Shown: positions 29,799-39,212, counted from the first letter of the stretch. The stretch is DNA of 64,000 bases from Nitrospirota bacterium (GCA_963721805.1 CAVRJY010000001.1:1184001-1248000), one strand, 5' to 3'. Translations and numbers: made by a program. The notes: generated by a model not told the origin, from the letters alone.

Positions 29799-31178
29799 GT
29801 GCTGCGTTATCAGGATATATTTGTCCCTGGAGGATTTCCTCATTATACTTATAGTTCGCGTATAGAATTGAAGCTTGAAGAGAAGCTGTCTGCTGTTAAA
29901 GAAAATTTATGTAAGCTTGTCGCAGTTACTGGGCAAACGAAATGCGGTAAAACCGTTCTTGCGCGAAAAGTTTTTCCACGAGATACTTCAATTTGGATAG
30001 ATGGAGGTACAGTTTCTGAGGAAAATCATTTCTGGCAAGTTATCGTTGACCAGCTAGATCTATTTCAGTTAGTAGGCAGAGAGGTCACGGAAGATTCGAC
30101 TAGTAAGTTTGGTGGCAAGGGAACAGCTGAAGCCAATTTCTTTGTCGCTAAAGGTTCTGGTGAGTTAAGTGCCGGAATAGAGAAATCTCATGGCTCATCG
30201 AAAAAAAGCAGTCGATCGTTATCCTCACGTGTCGTAGCTCTCCGTGGCTTGCGTATTAATATCCCACTGGTAATAGATGACTTTCACTACATCCCTCGCG
30301 AAATACAAGGAACTTTAATACGTGCTTTGAAACCCCTTATTTTCGATGGCCTGCCTGTTGTTATCATCGCCATCCCTCACCGTCGTTACGATGCGTTAAA
30401 AGTAGAGAAAGAAATGACTGGTAGAATCTCACCAATCGATATACCTACGTGGTCGGATACAGAGCTTCAATTTATCTCAAAAACTGGCTTTGAACTTCTT
30501 AATTATAGAGTATTATCAGGTTCCTCCGATCAGCATTCTTCGGAATCTGTTGGCAGTCCTTTATGGTCGGCGACAGATATGAAGAGCATTGCGGGAGCAG
30601 GTATTGGATTGCTTAATTACAGGGTACCTGCAGAGTTCGAAAAGCAACTTTCATCAGAATCTATTGGTAGTCCTCATCTGATGCAGGATTTTTGCCGTGG
30701 CCTATGCAAGCTGCTAAATATTTCGCATAAGAAGTCACCTGAAGTACTAGTGGTGAGCAGAAATCAAGTTGAAAAAGTTTTTCGGGATGTTGCAGAGACC
30801 ATTGGACGGCCAATATTCGAGAAGCTAGCACATGGACCTCGCCAGCGTACAGATCGTATTCAGCGGAGATTAAAGGATGGACGTACTGTAGATATATACG
30901 GATTAGTATTATCTGCACTTGCCTATATTAGACCAGGTTTGGTTAGTCTTGAGTATGAGGCGCTTCGCGCTGCAATCAAGGCTGTTTCGGCGGAGCATAT
31001 ACCTCAGTTGCATGAAGTTGAGCGTGTTCTAAAATACATGACTACTATTGCATCTACAGATCAGAGTTCATCACCAGTAATTGATTTTGATGGAGCAGAT
31101 AAAAGGCTGCATATAACGGATCCATTTTTTGCTTTTTATTTACGTTGGGGTGATATTTCAGAAGATGTTTTTGAGTGA
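29799..31178 (+). CDS. AT-rich P-loop ATPase (accessory, probably horizontally acquired)
   Basis: Walker A GQTKCGKT, Walker B LVIDDFH, C-terminal DPFFAFYLRW. GC markedly lower than flanks. Confidence 0.85.
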   Translation: MLRYQDIFVPGGFPHYTYSSRIELKLEEKLSAVKENLCKLVAVTGQTKCGKTVLARKVFPRDTSIWIDGGTVSEENHFWQVIVDQLDLFQLVGREVTEDSTSKFGGKGTAEANFFVAKGSGELSAGIEKSHGSSKKSSRSLSSRVVALRGLRINIPLVIDDFHYIPREIQGTLIRALKPLIFDGLPVVIIAIPHRRYDALKVEKEMTGRISPIDIPTWSDTELQFISKTGFELLNYRVLSGSSDQHSSESVGSPLWSATDMKSIAGAGIGLLNYRVPAEFEKQLSSESIGSPHLMQDFCRGLCKLLNISHKKSPEVLVVSRNQVEKVFRDVAETIGRPIFEKLAHGPRQRTDRIQRRLKDGRTVDIYGLVLSALAYIRPGLVSLEYEALRAAIKAVSAEHIPQLHEVERVLKYMTTIASTDQSSSPVIDFDGADKRLHITDPFFAFYLRWGDISEDVFE

Positions 31179-31236
31179 AGTGTGTATTTGTAAACGCCTA
31201 CTGAAAGAGGTGAAAAGTAGACAATTTTGTTTTTCT

Positions 31237-31404
31237 AATCAATGCTGTTGACCGCTCGCACGATCACTCTGAAGCAGCTTAAAGCGCGATAAATCGCGTC
31301 AGACTAGGAACGACGAGGAAAACGTCCGCAAGTGTACTGAGACGTACTCTGGAGGACGGTTTCCGATGCCGTGACAACGTATCACGCGTATTTAGCGCGA
31401 CTTT
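31237..31404 (-). repeat. Structured palindromic repeat, copy B (inverted relative to A)
   Basis: Reverse complement reads AAAGTCGCGCTAAATACGCGTGATAC...GTCTGACGCGATTTATCGCGCTTT...GATCGTGCGAGCGGTCAACAGCATTGATT. Confidence 0.9.
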
Positions 31405-31411
31405 CAGAAAA

Positions 31412-32218
31412 CTACTCTCGGTCGCGACGTATCCCCATCTTCTCCGATAAAGAGTCGCCAAGTATATTGAAGCTCAGCGCCGCGAGCATTATCGCGAGGC
31501 CGGGGAAAACGGTCATCCACGGCGCGGACAGCATGTAAGATCTAGACGAGCTGATCATCGCGCCCCAGCTCGGCGACGGCGGCTGGGTGCCGAGCCCAAG
31601 GAAGCTCAGCGAGGCCTCGGTGAGTATGAACCCACCGACCTTGAGCCCCATCATAACGAGCCCAAGCGGTATGCACTGAGGAAGCAGGTGCACAGTGATG
31701 ATGCGCATATGCCCGCAGCCTATCGCGCGCGCCGCGTCAATGAACGGTTCAGAGCGGAGCTTCAGGACGTGGCTTCGGATCAGCCTCGCAAACGATGCCC
31801 ATCCGACCGAGGCTATCGCGATCATCGAGGTATAGGTGCCGGGCGGGAGCACGACCGCTATCCCGATAGCCAGCAGCAGCGAGGGGAACGAGAGCACGAG
31901 GTCGGCCATCGCGACGAGCGCGGTATCTACCCTTCCGCCGAAATACCCGGCGCTGAGCCCTACCGCAAGCCCGATGCCCAGCGATATCAGCGCCGCCAGA
32001 ACCGCGACCGAGATCGATATCTTGCCCCCCGCAAGCACGCGCGCGAAGACGTCGCGGCCCTTCTGGTCGGTGCCCAGCAGGTGCTCGCCGCCCGGCGAGA
32101 GCTTAAGCTCATCGAGGCTTACCGTTACCGGGTCGTAGCGGCTGATATAGGGCGAAAGCAGCGAGAGCGCGAGCATCGCGCATATCACGAAAAGCCCGAT
32201 CTTTCCCCTGAGGTCCAT
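31412..32218 (-). CDS. Peptide/nickel ABC transporter permease (OppC/DppC)
   Basis: LLGTDQKGRD, AARAIG, EASLSFLGLG. Confidence 0.92.
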   Translation of the reverse strand: MDLRGKIGLFVICAMLALSLLSPYISRYDPVTVSLDELKLSPGGEHLLGTDQKGRDVFARVLAGGKISISVAVLAALISLGIGLAVGLSAGYFGGRVDTALVAMADLVLSFPSLLLAIGIAVVLPPGTYTSMIAIASVGWASFARLIRSHVLKLRSEPFIDAARAIGCGHMRIITVHLLPQCIPLGLVMMGLKVGGFILTEASLSFLGLGTQPPSPSWGAMISSSRSYMLSAPWMTVFPGLAIMLAALSFNILGDSLSEKMGIRRDRE

Positions 32219-32221
32219 CGC

Positions 32222-33154
32222 TTATGAGCCGCCCCCGTCGAGCCTCACGCGCGGGTCCATGAAGTGATAAGCGATGTCCACGAGCAGGTTAATCAGCACG
32301 AATACGACCGTGCCCAGTATGATCGTGCCCATCACGACCGGGTAGTCGCGCTTGATGATGCCCTCCATCGCGAAGCGGCCGATGCCGTCCCAGCCGAAGA
32401 TCGTCTCGGTCAGGACCGCGCCGTTAAGATAGCTGCCGAAATCGAGCCCGATGAGCGTGACTATAGGGATGAGCGCGTTACGGAGCACGTGCACGATGTT
32501 TATGCGCATCACGCCCAGGCCCTTGGCGCGCACGGCCTGCAAAAAGGGCATGTCGAGCACCTCGCATACCGTCGTGCGCGTGACGCGTGCGATGCTCGTA
32601 AGCGCCGGGAGGGCGAGCGTCATCGCAGGCAATATGATATACCGGAACTCTCCGGTGCCTGAGGGCGGGAGCAGCCGCAGGGTGAAGCTGAATAGCAGCA
32701 TGAGCATCAGCCCGGTCCAGAACACCGGGGTGCTGATGCCGAGCACCGAGAGCGTCGTAATCGCGCGGTCCAGCCGCGAGCCCCGGTGGTATGCCGCGGT
32801 GAACCCCGCGGCTATGCCGGGTATGACCGCCATCAGCATCGCTGTAAACGCCAGGGCGAGCGTGTTGGGGAATTTGTCCAGGAGGTCCGCCGAGACGCTG
32901 CGGTTGGTGTAATACGACCGTCCCATCTCGCCTTGGGCAAGCAGCGAGACATAGCCCGCGTAGCGCATCGCCACGTTGCGGTCCGCCCCGATGCTGGCGC
33001 GGATGCGCGCTATCGTCTCTGGAGAGGCGCGCTCCCCTACCATGCTCGTTGCGGGGTCGCCGGGCAGGGCGCTCGTGAGCGTGAACGTAAGGAGGGTTAT
33101 CCCCAGTAAAAGGGGGATCAGGAGGAGCAGTCTTTTGAAAATATACCTTGCCAT
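32222..33154 (-). CDS. Peptide/nickel ABC transporter permease (OppB/DppB)
   Basis: PGDPA, RAKGL, ETIFGWDGIG, RDYPVV. Confidence 0.92.
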   Translation of the reverse strand: MARYIFKRLLLLIPLLLGITLLTFTLTSALPGDPATSMVGERASPETIARIRASIGADRNVAMRYAGYVSLLAQGEMGRSYYTNRSVSADLLDKFPNTLALAFTAMLMAVIPGIAAGFTAAYHRGSRLDRAITTLSVLGISTPVFWTGLMLMLLFSFTLRLLPPSGTGEFRYIILPAMTLALPALTSIARVTRTTVCEVLDMPFLQAVRAKGLGVMRINIVHVLRNALIPIVTLIGLDFGSYLNGAVLTETIFGWDGIGRFAMEGIIKRDYPVVMGTIILGTVVFVLINLLVDIAYHFMDPRVRLDGGGS

Positions 33155-33247
33155 GGCGGGCTTTTTTTAGCAGTGTTATGATACCGCTTCGGGCGGGCCA
33201 AAGACAAACCTCGCGGCCTGTAACCATGTGGTATAATTCTGCTTGAT

Positions 33248-34300
33248 ATGCAGGAGAAAGTCCTTGTAGCAGGCAATATCGCGATAGCCGAGGCCGCCAT
33301 AGCGGCCGGGTGCAGGTTCTATGCCGGGTATCCGATCACGCCCCAAAACGAGATCCCGGAGTTCATGTCATCGAAGCTCCCGCTGGCCGGCGGCACGTTC
33401 ATCCAGGCCGAGAGCGAGCTTGCGGCCATAAACATGGTCTACGGCGCATCGGCCACGGGCGCGCGCGCGATGACGTCGTCCAGCAGCCCCGGCATCAGCC
33501 TCAAGCAGGAGGGGATATCCTTTCTGGCGACCGCGGAACTGCCCTCGGTGATCGTCAACATGCAGCGCGGGGGGCCGGGGCTCGGGAACATCGCCGGGAG
33601 CCAGGCCGACTACTTTCAGGCCGTAAAGGGCGGGGGCCACGGCGACTACCACATGCTCGTGCTGGCCCCGTTCAACGTGCAGGAGCTATGGGACCTGACG
33701 ATGCTCGCATTTGACAAGGCCGACCAGTACCGCACCCCTGTGATGATATTGGGCGACGGGATCATCGGCCAGATGATGGAGCCGATAGTCAAGACCCCGT
33801 ACGTCCGGCCCGCGCTGCCAGCGAAGGACTGGGCGCTCACCGGGGCGAAGGGCCGCAAGCCCAACCTGGTGAAGACCCTGCATCTCGGCGAGGGCGACCT
33901 GGAGGCCCACTGCTGGAAGCTTCAGGAGAAGTACAAGGCATGGGCCCGCGACGAGGTCAGGTTCGAGAGCTATCAGACCGGGGACGCGGAGCTCGTGATC
34001 GTCGCGTTCGGCATCGCGGCCCGCATCGCGCTTTCGGCCGTCGAGCGGCTGAGGGCCGAGGGCCGCAGGGTGGGGCTGCTCAGGCCGATAACGCTATATC
34101 CGTTCCCCACCGACGCGATCCGGGCGCTCGCCACTGCGGGCCGCTCGATACTGACCGTGGAGTTCAACGCCGGGCAGATGGTCGAGGACGTCAGGCTCGC
34201 GGTCGAGGGCCGCTGCCCGGTGCTCCTGTATGCGCGGCCCGGCGGGACGATAGTTAACCAGGACGAGGTCTACGAGAAGGTCGTCGAGGCCATGGGCTGA
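33248..34300 (+). CDS. 2-oxoacid:ferredoxin oxidoreductase alpha-type subunit (VorB-like)
   Basis: YAGYPITPQ, QAESE, TSSSSPG, QRGGPGLG. Confidence 0.9.
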   Translation: MQEKVLVAGNIAIAEAAIAAGCRFYAGYPITPQNEIPEFMSSKLPLAGGTFIQAESELAAINMVYGASATGARAMTSSSSPGISLKQEGISFLATAELPSVIVNMQRGGPGLGNIAGSQADYFQAVKGGGHGDYHMLVLAPFNVQELWDLTMLAFDKADQYRTPVMILGDGIIGQMMEPIVKTPYVRPALPAKDWALTGAKGRKPNLVKTLHLGEGDLEAHCWKLQEKYKAWARDEVRFESYQTGDAELVIVAFGIAARIALSAVERLRAEGRRVGLLRPITLYPFPTDAIRALATAGRSILTVEFNAGQMVEDVRLAVEGRCPVLLYARPGGTIVNQDEVYEKVVEAMG

Positions 34301-34414
34301 GGGCCCCCCGAAGGGCCTTTTTCCTGCCTGCGCTTTTTGTTTTTGGCGGCAGGTTTATGCTAATATACTCATCTTATGAACAGCTTATGTATATCAAGGA
34401 GGTTTTAAAATCAG

Positions 34415-34765
34415 ATGCCGAGGGCAAAAGGTGGATTTAAGACACGCAGGCGCAGGAAGAAGGTCCTGGAAAGCACGAAGGGCTATTACGGGAGCAAGAG
34501 CCGCCTGTTTCGCATAGCGACGGAGGCTCAGGACAAGGCGCTCCAGTACGCATACAGGGACAGGAAGAACAAGAAGCGCGAGTTCCGCGCGCTGTGGATC
34601 ATCAGGATCAACGCCGCCTCCAGGGCGCTGGGCGTCACGTACGGGCGGCTGATGAATTCCCTCAAGAAGGCCGGGATCGGTCTGGACAGGAAGGCCCTCG
34701 CTCACATGGCCTACCACGATCCGGCCGCGTTTAAGTCCCTCATCGAGACCGCAAAGACCGCGTAG
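34415..34765 (+). CDS. rplT: 50S ribosomal protein L20
   Basis: MPRAKGG...[24 protein letters not shown]. Confidence 0.98.
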   Translation: MPRAKGGFKTRRRRKKVLESTKGYYGSKSRLFRIATEAQDKALQYAYRDRKNKKREFRALWIIRINAASRALGVTYGRLMNSLKKAGIGLDRKALAHMAYHDPAAFKSLIETAKTA

Positions 34766-35779
34766 ATGAAGGACCTCGCGGGGCTGAGGCAGGAGTTTCA
34801 GGCCGAGCTTGACGCCGCGTCCTCCGCAGATGACGTAGAACGCATCCGCATAAAGTATCTGGGCAAAAAAGGCACCTTAAGCGAGCTCCTCTCGGGGCTC
34901 GTTTCTTTTTCGCCCGAAGAGAAGAAGACCTTCGGCCGAGACCTCAACGACCTCAAGCGCCACGTCACCGAGGCCATAACCAGCCGCAAGGATTTGCTCA
35001 GGCTCTCAGAACTCGACCGCAAGCTCGCCTCCGATTCTCTGGACATCACGCTGCCGGGCAAGTACACCGAGATGGGCTCGCTGCACCCGATCAACCAGAC
35101 GATGGAGGAGATAGTCTCGATATTCACCTCGATGGGCTTCGGCGTGGCCGAGGGCCCTGAGGTCGAGACCGACTACCATAACTTCGAGGCCCTGAACATG
35201 CCCCGCTACCACCCGGCGCGCGACATGCAGGACACGTTTTATATAACCGAGGACTCGGTCCTCCGCACCCATACCTCGCCTGTGCAGATCAGGTCGATGC
35301 TCGGCAGAAAGCCTCCGCTTAGGATCATCGCGCCCGGTAGGGTCTATAGGTGTGACGCTGACGTCACGCACTCGCCGATGTTCCACCAGGTCGAGGGGCT
35401 CATGGTAGATACGGATATCAGCTTCAGTAACCTTAAAGCAATACTTGAGCTATTCATCCATAAGTGCTTTGGCCCAAAGATTCCTGTCCGCTTCAGGCCC
35501 GCGTTTTTCCCGTTCACGGAGCCCTCGGCCGAGCTCGACATGGGCTGCATATTCTGCTCTGGAAAAGGGTGCCGGGTCTGCAAGACCACGGGCTGGCTCG
35601 AGATCCTCGGCGCTGGCATGGTCAACCCCAACGTGTTTCGCATGGTCGGGTACGACCCGGACGTATATACCGGCTTCGCCTTCGGCATGGGGGTCGAGCG
35701 GATAACGATGCTCAGGCACTCGATCGACGATATCCGCCTGTTCTTCGAAAACGATTTACGGTTTTTGTCGCAGTTCTGA
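34766..35779 (+). CDS. pheS: Phenylalanine--tRNA ligase alpha subunit
   Basis: HPARDMQDTF, LRTHTSPVQ, FPFTEPS, GFAFGMGVER. Confidence 0.98.
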   Translation: MKDLAGLRQEFQAELDAASSADDVERIRIKYLGKKGTLSELLSGLVSFSPEEKKTFGRDLNDLKRHVTEAITSRKDLLRLSELDRKLASDSLDITLPGKYTEMGSLHPINQTMEEIVSIFTSMGFGVAEGPEVETDYHNFEALNMPRYHPARDMQDTFYITEDSVLRTHTSPVQIRSMLGRKPPLRIIAPGRVYRCDADVTHSPMFHQVEGLMVDTDISFSNLKAILELFIHKCFGPKIPVRFRPAFFPFTEPSAELDMGCIFCSGKGCRVCKTTGWLEILGAGMVNPNVFRMVGYDPDVYTGFAFGMGVERITMLRHSIDDIRLFFENDLRFLSQF

Positions 35780-35789
35780 TCCCTCCTGC

Positions 35790-35952
35790 AAAGCCGCGCT
35801 AAATACGCGTGATACGTTGTCACGGCTCGCCGCCTCGTCCTCAACGTACGATACAGTACGCCTCCGGGCGGTCTGCTCGCCGCTCCTAGTCTGACGCGAT
35901 TTATCGCGCTTTAAGTTTGCATTGCGTAATCGTGCGAGCGGTCAACGGCATT
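35790..35952 (+). repeat. Structured palindromic repeat, copy C
   Basis: Same ends and tail as copy A. Starts 11 nt after the pheS stop. Confidence 0.9.
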
Positions 35953-35998
35953 ATTCACCCCGGTATACTGTCCGCGCAATCCGGTGTCTTATCCAGTA

Positions 35999-36657
35999 AT
36001 GTGCGGACGGTTTGAACTCCACAGCCCGATAGATCGGATAATCAAGACCTTCGGTGTGAAGAATTCAGTTGTTGAGTTTGCGCCGCGCTATAACATCAAA
36101 ATATACTCATAGTTACCTCAGAGGGACACGTCAATCGTTTGCTGATCGCGAGGTGGGGTTTGATACCGGTATGGTCAAAGGACCCGCGCATAGGCAGCCG
36201 CATGATTAACGCAAGGGCCGAGACCCTGACAGAGAAACCGTCATTCAAGGGCCTGCTGAAGAAGCATCGCTGTATTGTAGTCGCGGACGGTTTCTTTGAA
36301 TGGAAGCACGAGGGCGTGCGGAAGATACCGATGTATATCACGCTTAAGGGGAGGCAGCCCTTCGGGTTTGCGGGGCTTTTCAGCTTGTGGAAAGATCCTG
36401 ACGGCGAGACGGTGCCGACCTGCACGATCATCACCGTAGCCGCCAATGTGGCTCTTCAGGTCGTGCATGACCGGATGCCCGCGATCCTGTCGAAAAAGGA
36501 TGAGGCGCGGTGGATTGATGCTGAGCAGGATTATTCCATAATCTTGCCCGAAGTGCTCAGGCCATACCCGCCGAAGGAAATTGTCTGTTATGAGGTTCGC
36601 CCGCCGGTTAACAGTACGTCGAATGATATCCCGGAAAACATCAAGAGGATTGCATAG
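35999..36657 (+). pseudogene. SOS response-associated peptidase (SRAP/YedK), frameshifted
   Basis: Starts MCGRF. After PRYNI the conserved APxQ residues are missing and the frame shifts. The remainder has WGLIP, INARAET and HDRMPAIL. Confidence 0.85.
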
Positions 36658-37103
36658 GCGTCCATATACCCTTACTTGCCGCGATAAACGATTCACGGGT
36701 TTGCCTGTGCATTAACTATAGTTAATCGTAAGTTAATAGAAAACGCACGGCCCATCATTTTTCCTATCAACTCCGGTTTATATATAAACCGTAGTATATC
36801 GCTTTTTTCATTTCGTTATGCTTCAATACACAATGACTATGACAGGCTCATTTTTGATAGCGCTGAAAACGAGGGCGGAGGCCGATGGACAGCGCGAAAA
36901 ACGTATCCGAACATCCGAACACGGGAGAGGTCAAATTAGCGATGTTTTTCGGTACCTTGGACTGTTTTTTGTCTGTTCATTCGAACGCAATAAAAAACGC
37001 GCGCGCACGCGCGCGGAATGCCTATGTATGCCTAAGCGCGGACATCAGAACATGCCTTTGACCTTGTGGGGCGCGGGGGGCGTCCGTTCGTCCGTGCCCC
37101 CCG

Positions 37104-37227
37104 AAAGCGCGGCCAAATCGTCTTCAGACAAGGCAGGGCGAGAAGACCGCCCGATGGTGTACTGTGAGCGTACATAGAGGGCGAGTCTTCGATGCCCAAC
37201 GCAGTATCAAGCGATTTGGAGCGCTTT
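37104..37227 (-). repeat. Structured palindromic repeat, copy D (core only, diverged)
   Basis: AAAGCGCGGCCAAATCG..CAGACAAGG...GTAC-loop-GTAC...GCAGTATCAAGCGATTTGGAGCGCTTT. Confidence 0.75.
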
Positions 37228-37268
37228 CAAGGAGCTCCCCTTAAGCAGTATGGGTTACGAAATGGGAT

Positions 37269-37326
37269 GTACATAGAGGGCGAGTCTTTGAAGCCCAACG
37301 CAGTATCACGCGATTTGGCGCGCTTT
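37269..37326 (-). repeat. Half copy E of the same repeat (direct repeat of 37170-37227)
   Basis: GTACATAGAGGGCGAGTCTT.GA.GCCCAACGCAGTATCA.GCGATTTGG.GCGCTTT occurs twice. Confidence 0.85.
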
Positions 37327-37400
37327 GATAAATGTGTAGAGATAGCATTTTTCAGTCTCGCATCATTGACCATATGGTTGCTCAGGTGGTAAAATTGAAG

Positions 37401-38216
37401 ATGGCTAGATCCATGCTCATTTCACTATGTATGGTCTTGTTAGTTGCTCAGTCCGCCTGGGCCGACGTCTACAAATACGTCGACAGCTCCGGCACTGTCA
37501 CACTCACTGACGTCAAGACCCCGACCACCGAGCCCGGCCACGTGCTGGCGCGGATATACAGGGTCAGTACGGCGCCTTCCTACACCCCGCCGGACAAGTA
37601 TACCTATCCCGATTCTCATCTCAGGATCTCCCCGGCTCGCAGCGAGAGGTACCGTGACATGATCGACGACCACGCGAGCGAGCACGGGCTGGACCCCCGG
37701 CTGCTGGAGGCCGTCATCACCGCGGAGTCGAACTTCAACCAGACGGCTATATCGAACAAGGGCGCGCTGGGGCTGATGCAGCTCATGCCGGACACCGCTT
37801 CGCTGATGGGGGTGAGAAACCCCTTCAACGCCGACGAGAACATCTCGGGCGGAGCGCGGTACCTGCACGCGATGCTGGACCGCTTCGGCGGCAACCTGAC
37901 GCTCGCGCTCGCGGCCTATAACGCCGGGCCGCAGAACGTAGAGAAATACGGCACGGTCCCGCCGTTTGCCGAGACGCAGAACTATATCAGGCGGATCTAT
38001 TCGCTCTATAAGGGCGAGAAGCGCCTGAAGGGATACTCCTCGGAGGCGTCGTTCAAGCCGGCCACGATCGTGACCCAGTCGGCGGTCGTCTCGGCCTCGG
38101 TGACTCCGCCTCCGAAGGCCAAGAAGGAACCGATCTACAAGATGGTCCTCGCCGACGGCACGATACTCTATACAAATAACGCGTATGCCGGCAGGGCTGG
38201 AAACGCGGCGCGGTAA
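37401..38216 (+). CDS. Lytic transglycosylase (SLT domain) with N-terminal DUF4124-like region
   Basis: AESNFN, GALGLMQLMP, AAYNAG, ETQNY. Signal peptide present. Confidence 0.92.
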   Translation: MARSMLISLCMVLLVAQSAWADVYKYVDSSGTVTLTDVKTPTTEPGHVLARIYRVSTAPSYTPPDKYTYPDSHLRISPARSERYRDMIDDHASEHGLDPRLLEAVITAESNFNQTAISNKGALGLMQLMPDTASLMGVRNPFNADENISGGARYLHAMLDRFGGNLTLALAAYNAGPQNVEKYGTVPPFAETQNYIRRIYSLYKGEKRLKGYSSEASFKPATIVTQSAVVSASVTPPPKAKKEPIYKMVLADGTILYTNNAYAGRAGNAAR

Positions 38217-38234
38217 ACTGTTATAACATCCTCC

Positions 38235-39212
38235 ATGCTCAAAGAAATCCTGAGGTTCAAGTCCGAACGCCGCGCCCTGATCGTCGCCCATAACTACCAG
38301 CGCGACGAGGTGCAGGAGATCGCGGACTTCTGCGGCGACTCGCTCGAACTCTCGCGCATCGCGTCGACGGCCGAGTGCGAGGTGATCGTGTTTTGCGGCG
38401 TGGATTTCATGGCCGAGAGCGCATCGGTGCTATGCCCTGACAAGACCGTGTTGCTGCCCGAGATCGGGGCCACCTGCCCGATGGCGGACATGATCCGCAC
38501 GGACGAGCCCCGGCGCGTCTGGAAGGAGTTCCCGGGCTATAGCGTGCAGCCGATGCTCCGCTACCCGATCGAGTATACCCTCAGGCAGATCAAGGCCGAG
38601 CACCCCGGTGCGCCGGTGGTCACCTACGTCAACACGACCGCTGCGGTGAAGGCCGAAAGCGACGTCTGCTGCACCTCGGCCAACGTGATCGAGGTCGTAA
38701 ACTCGATGCCCGGCGAGAAGGTCATCTGCGTGCCGGACCGCAACCTCTCGGCATGGGCGCAGAGGAACACGACAAAGCAGATCATAAGCTGGGACGGGTT
38801 CTGCCACGTCCACGACCGCGTGACCGCCTCTGACATCGAGGCCGCGAGGCGCGAGCATCCCGGCGCGGTGCTGATGGCGCACCCCGAGTGCAGGCCCGAG
38901 GTGCTTGCCCTGGCCGACCACGTGACGAGCACCTCAGGGATGCTCAGGTTCGCGAAGCAGTCAGGTAGCCGCGAGTTCATCGTCGGCACAGAGATCGGCC
39001 TGATGTACAGGCTTAGGAAGGACAACCCTGATAAGGTCTTCCATGCGCTTCGCAAAGACATGATCTGCCCGAACATGAAGAAGACCACGCTGCGAAGCGT
39101 GCTTGCCGCTCTTCAGGAGATGAAGCACGTGGTCAAGGTCCCTGAGGACATACGCGTGCCCGCCAAGCGCGCGCTGGACCGGATGCTCGAGATCAGCGCG
39201 ATCAAGAAGTAA
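38235..39212 (+). CDS. nadA: Quinolinate synthase
   Basis: AHNYQ, FCGVDFMAE, CPMA, YVNT, CHVH, AHPEC, CPNMK. Confidence 0.96.
   Translation: MLKEILRFKSERRALIVAHNYQRDEVQEIADFCGDSLELSRIASTAECEVIVFCGVDFMAESASVLCPDKTVLLPEIGATCPMADMIRTDEPRRVWKEFPGYSVQPMLRYPIEYTLRQIKAEHPGAPVVTYVNTTAAVKAESDVCCTSANVIEVVNSMPGEKVICVPDRNLSAWAQRNTTKQIISWDGFCHVHDRVTASDIEAARREHPGAVLMAHPECRPEVLALADHVTSTSGMLRFAKQSGSREFIVGTEIGLMYRLRKDNPDKVFHALRKDMICPNMKKTTLRSVLAALQEMKHVVKVPEDIRVPAKRALDRMLEISAIKK

Noticed and set aside
37170..37326. Two 58-bp direct repeats as a mini-CRISPR
   Set aside because: There are only two units, they are too long, and both are parts of the palindromic repeat family.
36818..37392. ORFs 36818-37177 and 37192-37392 as real genes
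   Set aside because: They overlap repeat copies D and E, have atypical composition and show no recognisable motifs.
36658..37400. Replication origin
   Set aside because: No clustered TTATCCACA DnaA boxes seen and no dnaA/dnaN/gidA context.
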